From Thermoanaerobaculia bacterium (lineage in GTDB: Bacteria; Acidobacteriota; Thermoanaerobaculia; UBA5066): a stretch of 64,000 nt of DNA. The position numbers and the translations under genes were made by a program. The notes beneath the pieces were generated by a model. It saw only the letters and a program-made list of their open reading frames with translations. It did no database searches and had not been told where the DNA came from. The stretch is from positions 104,755 to 168,754 of the forward strand of contig JBBRRY010000003.1 in assembly GCA_038245905.1 (NCBI GenBank), in the 5' to 3' direction. Every line of letters starts with the position of its first letter. Positions within the stretch are counted from its first letter, which is position 1. This document shows positions 28,689-38,396 of this stretch, in pieces.

Positions 28689-30562
28689 GAAGGCTTCGCC
28701 TCGGTGCCGAGCGCCTCGAGGATCCTCTTCACGGCGTCGTAGCGCGCCATCGGCATGATGTGGACGCCGCGCGCCCTCTCGGCGATCGCGCGAGCGAGCT
28801 CGACGCCGATCGCGAGCCCTTCCTCCTCTTCGAACGCCGGGCCCTTGTCCGCCGCGTGGCGCATCCGCGCGAGGATCTCCTCGGGCACGACCATTCCGGG
28901 GACCTCGTTCGCGAAGTAGAGGGCCTGCTTCAGGCTCTTCGGCGGGATGAGGCCGATGAGGATCGGAATCGTCCGGGCTTCGGGACGCGCATAGAAACGG
29001 TCCAGCGCCGCCACGTCGTAGACGGGCTGAGTCTGGGCGAACGTCGCACCCGCCTCGATCTTGGCGGAGAGCTTCGAGATCTCGACGTCGAGGTCCTTGG
29101 CCGCCGGATTCGCCGCACACGCGATCGCGAACGACGTAGCCGAGCCGATCGCGCCGCCCGCGAGGTCGGTGCCCCCGTTCAGGCCCCGCACGATGCGAAG
29201 GAGGCCGAGGGTGTCCACCTCGCCGACGGGCTTCGCCTGCGGGTAATCCCCGATCTTCAGCGGGTCACCGCCCACGACGAGGAGCGCCTTGATGCCGAGA
29301 CCCGCGGCGCCGAGGAGATCCGACTGGATCCCGAGGACGTTCCGGTCGCGCGGCGAGAAGTGGAAGATCGTCTCGGCACCCGTTTCCGTGCGGATGAGGT
29401 GCGCGACGGCAATGGACGACATCCGGAGGCGCGCCATCGGGTTGTCGGTGATGTTGATTGCGTCGACGCCGAGGGCGCGCAGCGTGCGGGCGCCGTCCAC
29501 CGCGACCGAGGCGTCGATGCCCTTCGGGGGCTCGACTTCGGCGGTCACGACGAGGGCGCTGGGATCGGCGAGCTTGCGTTTCAGGGCGGACGTCTCGAGC
29601 GAGGAATCGGGAGAGGCCTCGCGCGGGCGGGCGGAACGGACTTCGACGACGGCCGCGCGCGTCGAGGGGGCCGGAGCGCTGCGGGCCTTGCCCAGGGCCT
29701 CACGCGCCATCGCGGCCACGTGCTCCGGCGCGGTGCCGCAGCATCCGCCCACGAGCGCGGCCCCCGCGCGGAGGAGGTCGCGCGCGCTCTGACGGAAGTA
29801 GTCCGGCGTCGCGGGATAAACCGTGCGCCCGGAGACGACCCACGGGTAACCGGCGTTCGGCCGGACGGAAACTGGCACGGACACGGAGCCGGCCGCCCGC
29901 GAGAAGATCTCGAAGGCCTCCTGGGGTCCGACGGTGCAGTTGATCCCGACGACGTCGGCGCCGGCCGCGACGAGCGCCGGGAGCGCGTCTTCCACGTCCT
30001 CTCCGAAGCTCGTCTTGCCGTCCGCGAGGAACGTCATCGACGCGAGGATCGGGATCTCGAGGGACAGCGCGCGCGCCGCGCGCAGCGCCTCCGTGGCCTC
30101 GAGCGTCGACGAGAACGTCTCGAAGGACAGGAGGTCGACCCCTTCCTCGAGGAGAATCCGGATCTGCTCCGTGAACAGTTCGCGGACGTGGAGGCGCGTG
30201 AGCGGCCCGTACGGCTTCACGAGCTGCCCGAGCGGGCCGACGGCGCCCGCCACGTAGACGTATTCCCCGGCAGCCGCCGTTCGCGCGAGGCGCACGGCCT
30301 CCCGGTTGATCTTCTCGAGGGAGTCGGCCCAGTCGAACTTGGAAAGCTTCGAGCGGTTCGCGTCCCATGTGTTCGTGGAGAGCATCTGCGCGCCGGCGGA
30401 GACGTAGTCGTCGTGGATCTCCTTCACGAGCTCGGGGGCCGTGAGGGCGTTCGGCGAGCGCGGACCGTCCGGGGGCGCGCCACGTGACACGAGCAACGTC
30501 CCCATTGCCCCATCGGCGAGGAGAACATCGGCCCGTAGCCGCTCCCGAATGTCTCTCTTCAT
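28685..30562 (-). CDS. yitJ: Bifunctional homocysteine S-methyltransferase / methylenetetrahydrofolate reductase
   Basis: DGAMGT, GINC, PNAG.P, GGCCGT; C-terminal [42 protein letters not shown]. Confidence 0.92.
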   Translation of the reverse strand: MKRDIRERLRADVLLADGAMGTLLVSRGAPPDGPRSPNALTAPELVKEIHDDYVSAGAQMLSTNTWDANRSKLSKFDWADSLEKINREAVRLARTAAAGEYVYVAGAVGPLGQLVKPYGPLTRLHVRELFTEQIRILLEEGVDLLSFETFSSTLEATEALRAARALSLEIPILASMTFLADGKTSFGEDVEDALPALVAAGADVVGINCTVGPQEAFEIFSRAAGSVSVPVSVRPNAGYPWVVSGRTVYPATPDYFRQSARDLLRAGAALVGGCCGTAPEHVAAMAREALGKARSAPAPSTRAAVVEVRSARPREASPDSSLETSALKRKLADPSALVVTAEVEPPKGIDASVAVDGARTLRALGVDAINITDNPMARLRMSSIAVAHLIRTETGAETIFHFSPRDRNVLGIQSDLLGAAGLGIKALLVVGGDPLKIGDYPQAKPVGEVDTLGLLRIVRGLNGGTDLAGGAIGSATSFAIACAANPAAKDLDVEISKLSAKIEAGATFAQTQPVYDVAALDRFYARPEARTIPILIGLIPPKSLKQALYFANEVPGMVVPEEILARMRHAADKGPAFEEEEGLAIGVELARAIAERARGVHIMPMARYDAVKRILEALGTEAKPS

Positions 30563-30576
30563 GAAAAGAGCCACAT
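30559..30576 (-). other. Putative leaderless 5-codon uORF (MWLFS) overlapping the yitJ start
   Basis: Minus strand reads TACCCT-TTTTTC-ATG TGG CTC TTT TCA TGA; the TGA overlaps the yitJ ATG (ATGA). Confidence 0.4.
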
Positions 30577-30645
30577 GAAAAAAGGGTACGGCGCGGCGCC
30601 CGCAGACGTCAAGCCGTCGGTCGGTTAAACTCGCGCACTGACCAG

Positions 30646-31956
30646 ATGAGGATCCTCGTCGTCGGTTCGGGTGGTCGCGAGCACGCGCTCGTGTGGAAGC
30701 TCGCGCAGGCGCCGGGCGTGACCGACATTTTCTGCGCGCCGGGGAACCCGGGAATCGCGTCGCTCGCGACCTGTATTCCCATCGGCGTCGAGAACGTCGT
30801 CGAGCTCGCGGACTTCGCCGAGTCGATGAAGGTCGATCTCACGGTCGTCGGGCCCGAGCTCCCGCTCACGCTGGGCCTTGTGGATGAATTCTCGCGACGC
30901 TCTCTTCTCGCCTTCGGGCCGAACCGCCTCGCCGCCGAGCTCGAAGGCTCGAAGGTCTTCTCGAAGCTGTTCATGAAGAAGTACGGCATCCCGACGCCGG
31001 ACGCGGAGGTCTGCCAGACGCGCGCCGAGGCCGAGCGGGCGCTCAAGTCGTTCGGCCTGCCGTGCGTGTTCAAGGCAGATGGCCTCGCGGGCGGCAAGGG
31101 CGTCGTCGTGGCGCAGGAGCCGGAAGAAGCCGAGCGCGCGCTCAAGCTCTTCTTCGAGGATCGCGTCTTCGGGTCGGCGGCTGATCGCGTTCTCGTGGAG
31201 CGCTTCATCGCGGGAGACGAGGTCAGCTTCATGGTCCTGTGCGACGGGGAGCGGGCGCTGCCGCTCGCGACCGCGATGGACTACAAGAGGATCTACGACG
31301 GCGAACGCGGCCCGAACACGGGCGGGATGGGCGCGCACAGCCCGTCGGTCCTCCTCGACGCGTCCACGTCGTCCGATGTCCTCGCCTTCGTCGTGCAGCC
31401 GACGCTCAAGGGCATGGCGGACGAAGGCCGCCCGTTTCGCGGCGTCCTCTTCGTGGGCCTCATTCTCGAGAAGGGGCTGAACCCCTACGTGCTCGAGTAC
31501 AACGTCAGGTTCGGAGACCCCGAGACGCAGGCGGTCATGCTGCGTCTCGACGGCGACCTGCTGCCGTTCCTGATGGGCTCAGCTCGCGGCCGTTTCGACG
31601 AGGGCGCCCAGCTCGCCTGGCGGCGCGAGGCGACCGCCGCCCTCGTGATGACCGCCGAAGGCTATCCGGGACCCTTCGAGCGCGGGCGGCTGATCACCGG
31701 CCTCGACGAGGCCGAAGCGATGGAAGGGGTGTTCGTGTTCCACGCCGGGACCGCCCGCGGTGCGGACGGACGCCTCGTCACGTCGGGCGGCCGCGTCCTC
31801 AACGTGTGTGCCCGCGGGCGCGGCCTGTCTCAGGCGCTCCGGACGGCAAAAGACGCGGCGGCGAAGATCCGGTACGAAGGCGCCCATTTCCGGCATGACA
31901 TCGGGCACAAGGCGCTCGGGATCCTCATGGAGCGCTCGGGATCGATGCTCCGGTGA
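30646..31956 (+). CDS. purD: Phosphoribosylamine--glycine ligase
   Basis: ILVVGSGGREHAL, APGNPG, VVGPE.PL, LEGSK.F, KADGLAGGKGV, GPNTGGMGA, EYNVRFGDPETQ, TSGGRVL. Confidence 0.98.
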   Translation: MRILVVGSGGREHALVWKLAQAPGVTDIFCAPGNPGIASLATCIPIGVENVVELADFAESMKVDLTVVGPELPLTLGLVDEFSRRSLLAFGPNRLAAELEGSKVFSKLFMKKYGIPTPDAEVCQTRAEAERALKSFGLPCVFKADGLAGGKGVVVAQEPEEAERALKLFFEDRVFGSAADRVLVERFIAGDEVSFMVLCDGERALPLATAMDYKRIYDGERGPNTGGMGAHSPSVLLDASTSSDVLAFVVQPTLKGMADEGRPFRGVLFVGLILEKGLNPYVLEYNVRFGDPETQAVMLRLDGDLLPFLMGSARGRFDEGAQLAWRREATAALVMTAEGYPGPFERGRLITGLDEAEAMEGVFVFHAGTARGADGRLVTSGGRVLNVCARGRGLSQALRTAKDAAAKIRYEGAHFRHDIGHKALGILMERSGSMLR

Positions 31957-32683
31957 AGTCTGCGAGCACGGGGCCCGGCCCCGGTGCCTCGAGAAGCGCG
32001 AATGCAGCGCGCAGGATCCGGGTCTGGAGCTCGACGTCTCCCGGTTTCCCGAGCGGATAGCCGAGCGCGAAGGGCACCGCGAGCGCCCGCGGAGTACGGA
32101 CCTTCGCCGTGATGTCCCGCAGCATCGTGACGGACGTCGTCGCGATGCCGCGCCTTTCGAGCTCACCGGCGATCAGACCGACGGTCTGATGGCACATTGG
32201 TCAAAGCGGAACGAGGAGCGCGACGTCGACACCATCCGCCTCGAGGAGCGAGGCGGCGGCGGGCGCCGTGTCTTTCAGGAGGCGTCCGGGCGCCGTGATC
32301 GACCCCATGAACGAGAGAGCGCGCCCGTTCAGCGCCCCGATCTCGCCCCGCGTGGCCATCTCGCGCAAACGACCGAGTGGAAAGCCGAGGTTGCGGTCTG
32401 CCTGGAAACCCGTCTGGTCGAACGCGTCGGACTTGTGGGCGATCCCGAGCGTCTGGACATCCGTGGCGGCCGGGATCTCGCGAAACGACGAGTCGCCGCC
32501 CTTCCTCGCGTCGTCGAACGGCTCCTGGGACGGCAGGTAGACACCTCCCGTCGTGACGAGCGCGACGCGCGCCTTCTCGAGGGTCTTTCGGGGGCGCGCG
32601 AACGGGACGGGATCCAGCGCGCGGTAGCGGTACGTCGCCATGAAGAGCCGGTTCTTGAGCGAAAGATCCGAGAGGCTCGCCAC
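31925..32683 (-). CDS. Glycine/sarcosine/betaine/D-proline reductase selenoprotein B family (GrdB/PrdB-like), Sec at in-frame UGA 32201-32203
   Basis: ORFs 32201..32683 and 31925..32197 share a frame and read ..[24 protein letters not shown]..; family motifs [37 protein letters not shown]; UxxC; hairpin 10 nt after UGA. Confidence 0.9.
32172..32190 (-). promoter_or_regulatory. Putative bacterial SECIS element
   Basis: mRNA reads AUCAGACC-GUC-GGUCUGAU (8-bp perfect stem) starting 10 nt 3' of the UGA. Confidence 0.7.
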
Positions 32684-33047
32684 GGCTGGCAGTATGCCGA
32701 ATTATGATGGCGGGCATGCAGGTTCCCGCCACCGCCGCGCTCCTTGGACTTCTTGCTCAGCTCATGTCGTCCCACGGCGGCCCGCCCGTCCTGGCTGCGC
32801 CCGCCGCCACGCCCGCACCCGCCTTTGCCGTGACGTCGGGCGGCGGCCTCTCGTGGACGGTGCCGAAGTCGTGGACGCCGGGTCCGTCCTCGGCCATGCG
32901 TCTTGCGACCTACTACCTTCCCGCCGCGGGAGGGGATGCGGACCGGCCCGAGCTCGCCGTCTTCTGGTTCGGACCGGGGAAGGGCGGGAGTATCGACGTG
33001 AACGTGGCGCGCTGGTTCTCCCAGTTCGAGGCGGGGTCCGGCGACCC
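32588..33047. repeat. Diverged direct repeat, copy 1 (~460 bp)
   Basis: Aligns by eye to 34450..34908; contains the selenoprotein 5' end, the divergent promoter and the 5' part of the secreted-protein gene. Confidence 0.92.
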
Positions 33048-33078
33048 TTCAGAAAAAGGGTCGCTTGCTCGAACCTAA
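32716..33078 (+). pseudogene. C-terminally truncated copy of the secreted protein at 34577..35152
   Basis: Matches the intact paralog up to ..RWFSQFEAG.GDP, then runs into insert DNA and stops after SEKGSLART. Confidence 0.8.
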
Positions 33079-34449
33079 ATGCCCGAGGGAGGTGCCCCTG
33101 GTCTCTAGGCGCCACCCCCCGCAATTCCCGTTACACGCCCGCGGGGGCCGCCCGCCGATTACACACCGGCAAACCGCATGCCGAGGATCCGTGATGCGCG
33201 CGAGCGCTGGGCGTAAACACGCACGAATGCAAAGCGCCCTGGCTCGCTTCCGCGGACGGCTCGGGCTACCTCGGCAAAGAGGTACTCGCAGTCTTTGGAG
33301 GTGTATAGCCGGCATAGAACTGATACAGCTTGTCGATAATGCCGCGATCCCCCTCTCGAAAGGTCTTTCTCATCATTGCCTGCTCCCGCAGGGTGTCTAA
33401 AGACAACGTCGTCGTGGGAACCTCCCGACTCGGCGATGGCACAGACAGGACCTCCACCCCGGGATCCAGGGGGGCCGCCAGATAGTCCTCTAAAGTGCCG
33501 ACGTCCTTTAGCGCCGCCGCAAACAGTGCTTCCGAACTCAGAGGCACGGCGCCAACCACAAACACCGGCACTATAACGATATCCCTAACAGTATAGAAGT
33601 CGACAAGCGTCAACGTAGACAGACTCTTCGTAATCTTCTCTCGAGTCCAGCCTTTCTTCTCCAGCGCAATTCTCTCCTCGTCGTTGGCCGGAAAGCACGG
33701 CGTCGGTCGTCTTGGGTATATCCGCAAAAGTCCGACCCCTGGCAGTCTTCCGCTACTAGCGTGAAACTCTGCCGCGTGGCGCGGGCTAAGATCCAGAGTG
33801 TCAGTCGAGCCGTCAGCGATGCTAGCGACGGTCACCGGCGTCGGCATTTCCAGGCCAGGATTCGAGCTAATCGCTCGCCAGCCTGCAGGTGTCTGGAGAG
33901 CGAGGTCGGGCGCCACAATCGCAAGCATGAAAGCGGTTCGCGTTGCATTTGGAAGCAACTCCACACGCCACTGATAGCGGAAGGCGCCATCAACCTCATT
34001 GACCATACTTATCGCGCGACTCGCAAACCCCGGCCCCTGGTCGGGTTCGTCCACGCACGATCCGGGCTGAAACTGAGCGCACACGCTCCCAGAGACGAAC
34101 AAAGCTCCGACCGCTGTTCGCAGGTAACGACTGCTCATTGGGAACCCAACTGAACATGATCGTGGTCGTCTTCAATCCAGGTCCGCAGCGAGACAAACCC
34201 CGGTTGGCTCTGCTCAAGTGCAAAGTATTGCACAGCGACGAGCCAGTTGAAGCGATCAAAAGGCCAGCCGGTAGCGTCGTTAACCCCTGCCTGCCGACAG
34301 GAGTTCACGGCAACGCCTTCATAGCAGCCCCAAAAACTAACATCGACGCTGTGACCCTCGCGATGATACTGGTGGTTTCCCTCGTTGTCCCAGTCCGCCT
34401 GCCAGTCAAAGGGCCCGCCGTTCGGCAAAGACTGATCATTCCATCTAAG
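33048..34449. other. Lower-GC foreign cassette between the direct repeats
   Basis: Visibly more A/T-rich with A/T-ending codons (GC not computed); sharp boundaries at the repeat ends; no recombinase. Confidence 0.8.
33266..34138 (-). CDS. Secreted hypothetical protein (candidate partner/immunity protein)
   Basis: Signal peptide MSSRYLRTAVGALFVSGSVCA; ATGA overlap with upstream peptidase-domain ORF; atypical codon usage. Confidence 0.65.
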   Translation of the reverse strand: MSSRYLRTAVGALFVSGSVCAQFQPGSCVDEPDQGPGFASRAISMVNEVDGAFRYQWRVELLPNATRTAFMLAIVAPDLALQTPAGWRAISSNPGLEMPTPVTVASIADGSTDTLDLSPRHAAEFHASSGRLPGVGLLRIYPRRPTPCFPANDEERIALEKKGWTREKITKSLSTLTLVDFYTVRDIVIVPVFVVGAVPLSSEALFAAALKDVGTLEDYLAAPLDPGVEVLSVPSPSREVPTTTLSLDTLREQAMMRKTFREGDRGIIDKLYQFYAGYTPPKTASTSLPR

Positions 34450-34545
34450 TCGGGGGCGCGCGAACGGGACGGGATCGAGCGTGCGGTAGCGGTACGTCGC
34501 CATGAAGAGCCGATTCTTGAGCGAAAGATCCGAGAGGCTCGCCAC
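34135..34545 (-). CDS. Chimeric ORF: selenoprotein N-terminal 32 aa fused to a MepA/M15-like Zn-peptidase domain
   Basis: [32 protein letters not shown] joined in frame to LRWNDQSLPNGGPFD...HQYHREGHSVD...HDH (HxxxxxxD + HxH). Confidence 0.65.
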   Translation of the reverse strand: MASLSDLSLKNRLFMATYRYRTLDPVPFARPRLRWNDQSLPNGGPFDWQADWDNEGNHQYHREGHSVDVSFWGCYEGVAVNSCRQAGVNDATGWPFDRFNWLVAVQYFALEQSQPGFVSLRTWIEDDHDHVQLGSQ

Positions 34546-34908
34546 GGGGTCAGTATGCCGAATTATGATCGCGCGTATGCAAGTTCTCGGTGCCGCCGTG
34601 CTTCTCGCCCAGCTCATGTCCTCTCACGGCAGCGCCCCGCCGCCGGGCGCAATGGCCGCGCCCGCGGCAACGCCCGCGCCCGCCTTTCCCGTGACGTCGG
34701 GAGGCGGCCTTGCGTGGACCGTGCCGAAGGCGTGGACGCCGGGGCCGTCCTCGGCCATGCGTCTTGCGACTTACTATCTTCCGGCCACTGCCGGTGATGC
34801 GGACCGGCCCGAGCTCGCGGTCTTTTGGTTCGGACCGGGGAAGGGCGGGACTATCGACGCGAACGTGGCGCGCTGGTTCTCCCAGTTCGAGGCGGGGCCG
34901 GGCGATCC
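34450..34908. repeat. Diverged direct repeat, copy 2
   Basis: Aligns to 32588..33047 at offset 1862 then 1861; 3 mismatches in the first 96 nt, more divergence and indels in the signal-peptide region. Confidence 0.92.
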
Positions 34909-35152
34909 GAAACCAACGCGCAGCCTTACCCGCATCGGCACGATCCCTGTCACGCTCGTGACGGCGGCGGGGAGCTACTCCGCGGGGACGGGGATGGGCG
35001 CGGCGCCCGCGCCGAAGGCCGGCACCGTACTCCGGGGCGCGATGGCCGAAGGACCGAACGGAGCGGTGTTCTTCAAGCTCACGGGCCCGCGCCGGAGCGT
35101 CGCAGCCGCCGGAAAGGACTTCGACGCGCTCGTGGCGAGCCTCAAGCCCTGA
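34577..35152 (+). CDS. Conserved secreted hypothetical protein (possibly PsbP-like fold)
   Basis: Signal-like N-terminus; W.VP..W, MRLATY, ELAVFWFG..KGG.ID.NV.RW..QF, VFFKLTGP; TATGAT 7 nt before ATG. Confidence 0.75.
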   Translation: MQVLGAAVLLAQLMSSHGSAPPPGAMAAPAATPAPAFPVTSGGGLAWTVPKAWTPGPSSAMRLATYYLPATAGDADRPELAVFWFGPGKGGTIDANVARWFSQFEAGPGDPKPTRSLTRIGTIPVTLVTAAGSYSAGTGMGAAPAPKAGTVLRGAMAEGPNGAVFFKLTGPRRSVAAAGKDFDALVASLKP

Positions 35153-35183
35153 ACCGGGGCGGGTTTCCCGCCGTAATACGACC

Positions 35184-36740
35184 GTGCGCGCCCCGCCGGC
35201 CCGACCGCTCCCCGCCGTCGCATGGAATCTCGTCGCGCTGGCGGCCGCGTTGCGCGTCGCGGCCGAGCTCTTCGCGATCACGTCGTACGGCTACTTCCGG
35301 GACGAGCTCTACTACCTTGCCTGCGCCGATCACCCGGCGGCGGGGTACGTCGACCAGCCGCCGTTCTCGATTCTCTTCCTCTCCGCGTGGAAGGCGGTTT
35401 TCGGGACCTCGCTCTCCGCGCTCCGGACCCCGCCGATTCTGCTCGGCACCGCCACGATCGTCCTGACGGCGCTCCTCGCACGCCGGCTCTCTGGGGGCCG
35501 AATCGCGCAGGGGCTCGCGGCGTGCGCCGCGGCCAGTGCCCCGATCTGGCTCGGTATGTCCCGTTACTACTCGATGAACGCTTTCGACATCTTCTTCTGG
35601 ACGCTCGCGGCCCTCCTCGTCGCGGAGATCCTGGAGGCAGCGCCCGGGAGCGGCGCCACGAGGCTCTGGCTGCTCCTTGGGATCCTTTTGGGGCTCGGCC
35701 TCCTGAACAAGATCAGCGTTCTCTGGCTCGGTTGCGGGCTCTTCCTGGGCCTCGTCCTCACGCCGGCCCGCCGGTTGCTGGCGACGAGGGGCCCGTGGCT
35801 GGCCGGAGCGATCGCGACACTGCTTTTTCTTCCCCACGTTCTGTGGCAGGTCGCGAACGGCTGGCCGACGCTGGAGTTCATGCGTAACGCCACGCAGGGG
35901 AAGTACAAGTCGTTCCCCCTAGGGTCTCTCCTCGCGGAAGTCGTCCTCCACTTCAACCTCCTCGCCGCGCCCCTCTGGATCGCGGGCCTCGTCTGGCTCC
36001 TCGCCTCGCGGGACGGGCGGCGGTTCGCCGCTCTCGGAGTCGTCTGGATCACGACGCTCGTGATCCTCGCGGCAGCCGGAAACGCCAAGCCCGAATACCT
36101 CTCGCCGGCGTTCGCGCCGCTCCTCGCCGCGGGAGGCGTCGCCTGCGAGCGGCTGCTGCACCGCGGGCGAAGCACGTGGCCGGCCGTCTTCTACGCCGGC
36201 GCAATCGTCCTCAACGCCGCGCTCGTTGCACCCTTCGTTCTCCCGATCCTGCCCGTCCCGCGATACCTCGCTTACGCAAAGGCGCTCGGCGTCGCGCCAT
36301 CGACCCCCGAGAAGAAGACCCTCGGCACCCTGCCGCAGCACTACGCCGACATGTTCGGGTGGCCCGAGATGGCCGAAACCATTGCGGGCGTCTGGCGCTC
36401 CCTGCCCGAAGAGGACCGCAGGAAGACGGCCGTCTATGTCTACAACTACGGCGAGGCCGGCGCGATCGATCTCTTCGGGAGAAAGCTCGGCCTCCCGCCC
36501 GCCATCTGCGCGCACAACAACTACTTTCTCTGGGGCATGCGCGGGCAGACGCCGGAGATCTTTCTCGTCTATGGGGGGAAAAGGGAGAGACCTCTTCGCG
36601 TCTTCGAGAGTGTCGAGGCGGGCGCGGTCTTCACGCATCCCTGGGTCATGCCCTACGAGAACGACCGCACCGTCTGGATCTGCCGACGGCTCAAGCTGCC
36701 CTTCGCCGAAATCTGGCCGGGCGAGAAAAATTTCAACTAG
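35184..36740 (+). CDS. GT39 (ArnT/PMT_2-like) membrane glycosyltransferase
   Basis: YGYFRDELYY, GYVDQPP, LLNK, P..LWQ..NGWP, KPEYL.P, NYGEAGAI, HNNY.LWG. Confidence 0.88.
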   Translation: MRAPPARPLPAVAWNLVALAAALRVAAELFAITSYGYFRDELYYLACADHPAAGYVDQPPFSILFLSAWKAVFGTSLSALRTPPILLGTATIVLTALLARRLSGGRIAQGLAACAAASAPIWLGMSRYYSMNAFDIFFWTLAALLVAEILEAAPGSGATRLWLLLGILLGLGLLNKISVLWLGCGLFLGLVLTPARRLLATRGPWLAGAIATLLFLPHVLWQVANGWPTLEFMRNATQGKYKSFPLGSLLAEVVLHFNLLAAPLWIAGLVWLLASRDGRRFAALGVVWITTLVILAAAGNAKPEYLSPAFAPLLAAGGVACERLLHRGRSTWPAVFYAGAIVLNAALVAPFVLPILPVPRYLAYAKALGVAPSTPEKKTLGTLPQHYADMFGWPEMAETIAGVWRSLPEEDRRKTAVYVYNYGEAGAIDLFGRKLGLPPAICAHNNYFLWGMRGQTPEIFLVYGGKRERPLRVFESVEAGAVFTHPWVMPYENDRTVWICRRLKLPFAEIWPGEKNFN

Positions 36741-36746
36741 ACGGCG

Positions 36747-38357
36747 TCACGCGATCCCGAACGATCCAAGAAAGTACGTAGGCCCCGCGCGGCGCGCGAC
36801 GCCGTGATCGGGATTGGCTGCCAGGTGCTCGAGAATCTTGAAGACGGTCTCGGTCTCCTCGGGAGCGCCGAGCGAGGCCGCGATGCGCTCGGCGGTCCGG
36901 AACGCGCCCTTCTCTTTTCCGAGGTCGGCGAGCACCTTCGCCTGTAGTGCGAGCACGGCGGCCGCGGCCTTCTTTCCGGCCTCGACGCCGGGCTGGTGGT
37001 ACGCATTGACGCCGACGAGCTGCGCGTACAGACCGACCGCACGCTCGTAAAGCGCGATCAGCACTCCGATCGACCGCGCGGAGGCGTCGGGGATCGTGAG
37101 CGTAATCGAGCCGCGCCCATTGTCGTGGAGCGCCTTCCGCGTCCCGAGGAGGAAGCCGTGCAGGTAGTCCCCCGACGTGACGCCGGGTTCGACGGCGAGA
37201 GACGCCTCCCCCTTCTCGCGGTCGCTCGCGACCTCCACGAACGTCACGAAGAAGTTCGGCACGCCCTCGCGCAGCTGCTGAACGTACGCGTGCTGGTCCG
37301 TAGACCCCTTGTTCCCGTACACGGCGATGCCCTGGTGCACGACGTTTCCTGAAAGGTCCTTCTCCTTGCCGAGGGACTCCATGACGAGCTGCTGGAGGTA
37401 GCGCGAGAAGAGGAGGAGCCGGTCGCGGTAGGGGAGGACGACCATGTCCTTCTCGCCCTTTCCACCCGTCTCCCGGAACCATGCGAGGGCAAGCATCGCC
37501 GCCGGATTTTTCGCGACGTCCTTCTGGCGCGTCACGGCGTCGCAGGCGGCGGCGCCCGCGAGAAGACCGTCCACGTCGAGACCCTGAAGCGCCGCGGGCA
37601 CGAGCCCGACGGCGGACAGCTCTGACATGCGCCCGCCGACCCAATCCCACATGGAGAATCGCTGGAGCCAGCGATCCTTCACCGCCACGGCGTCGAGCTC
37701 GCTCCCGTCGCCGGTGACGGCGACCGCGTGCTTCGCGAAGTCGAGGCCGGCCAGGCGGTACGCGTCGGCGGCTTCCAGCATGCCGTTGCGCGTCTCCTTC
37801 GTGCCGCCGGACTTCGAGATGACGACGGTGAGAGTCGCCTTGAGACCGCCTTTCGTCGCCGCGATACGCGCGAGCTCGCGCGCCATGCCGTCGGGGTCCG
37901 TGTTGTCGAAGAAGAACGGGTGCAGGGGATCGGACGGCGCGCCGAGGGCGTCCGCGACGAACTGCGGCCCCAGTGTCGAACCGCCGATGCCGACGACGAG
38001 GACGTTCGAGAAGAGCGGCGCCGTCTCGGGTGCGACGCGGCCTGCATGAACGTCCGCCGCGAAGGCCTTCACCCGCGCGAGCGTCGTCTCGATCGCGCTT
38101 CGGGTCCCGGCATCGGGCGCTCGTTCGGGAGCGCGCAGCCAGTAGTGGCCGACGCGCCGGTTCTCGTCGGGATTCGCGATCGCGCCCGCCTCGAGGGCCT
38201 CCATGGCAAGGAAGGCGGCGGGGAAGGCGCCGTCGACGAGGGGATCGCGCGCGAGCGCGTCGTCCGCCAGCGACGTCTTCGAGAGGTCGACGAGGAGCGA
38301 GAGCGACGGCACGTGAAGGGAGAGGGCCTGAAAGCGCTGCCACGGACGGAGTGTCAT
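36747..38357 (-). CDS. pgi: Glucose-6-phosphate isomerase
   Basis: [71 protein letters not shown]. Confidence 0.97.
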   Translation of the reverse strand: MTLRPWQRFQALSLHVPSLSLLVDLSKTSLADDALARDPLVDGAFPAAFLAMEALEAGAIANPDENRRVGHYWLRAPERAPDAGTRSAIETTLARVKAFAADVHAGRVAPETAPLFSNVLVVGIGGSTLGPQFVADALGAPSDPLHPFFFDNTDPDGMARELARIAATKGGLKATLTVVISKSGGTKETRNGMLEAADAYRLAGLDFAKHAVAVTGDGSELDAVAVKDRWLQRFSMWDWVGGRMSELSAVGLVPAALQGLDVDGLLAGAAACDAVTRQKDVAKNPAAMLALAWFRETGGKGEKDMVVLPYRDRLLLFSRYLQQLVMESLGKEKDLSGNVVHQGIAVYGNKGSTDQHAYVQQLREGVPNFFVTFVEVASDREKGEASLAVEPGVTSGDYLHGFLLGTRKALHDNGRGSITLTIPDASARSIGVLIALYERAVGLYAQLVGVNAYHQPGVEAGKKAAAAVLALQAKVLADLGKEKGAFRTAERIAASLGAPEETETVFKILEHLAANPDHGVARRAGPTYFLGSFGIA

Positions 38358-38396
38358 GCCGCGAGACTATCCTTCCCGGCAGAAGCGGAGGTCAAG

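Noticed and set aside
28689-29120. ORF-track N-terminal extensions (metH to 29120, GT2 to 16513, HAD to 61450, PagL-like to 44059, ROK from 37728)
   Set aside because: They overlap neighbouring real genes; coupled or SD-led internal starts fit the family N-termini.
30563-30645. SAM or cobalamin riboswitch upstream of yitJ-metH
   Set aside because: The region is too short and I see no consensus elements; an Rfam scan was not run.
32201-32203. Premature stop suggesting a pseudogene or split gene
   Set aside because: The UGA sits at the Sec position of a UxxC motif with a downstream hairpin; selenocysteine recoding explains it better.
33200-33247. Imperfect hairpin after the insert gene as an integron attC site
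   Set aside because: No RYYYAAC/GTTRRRY boxes and no integrase; at most a weak terminator-like stem.
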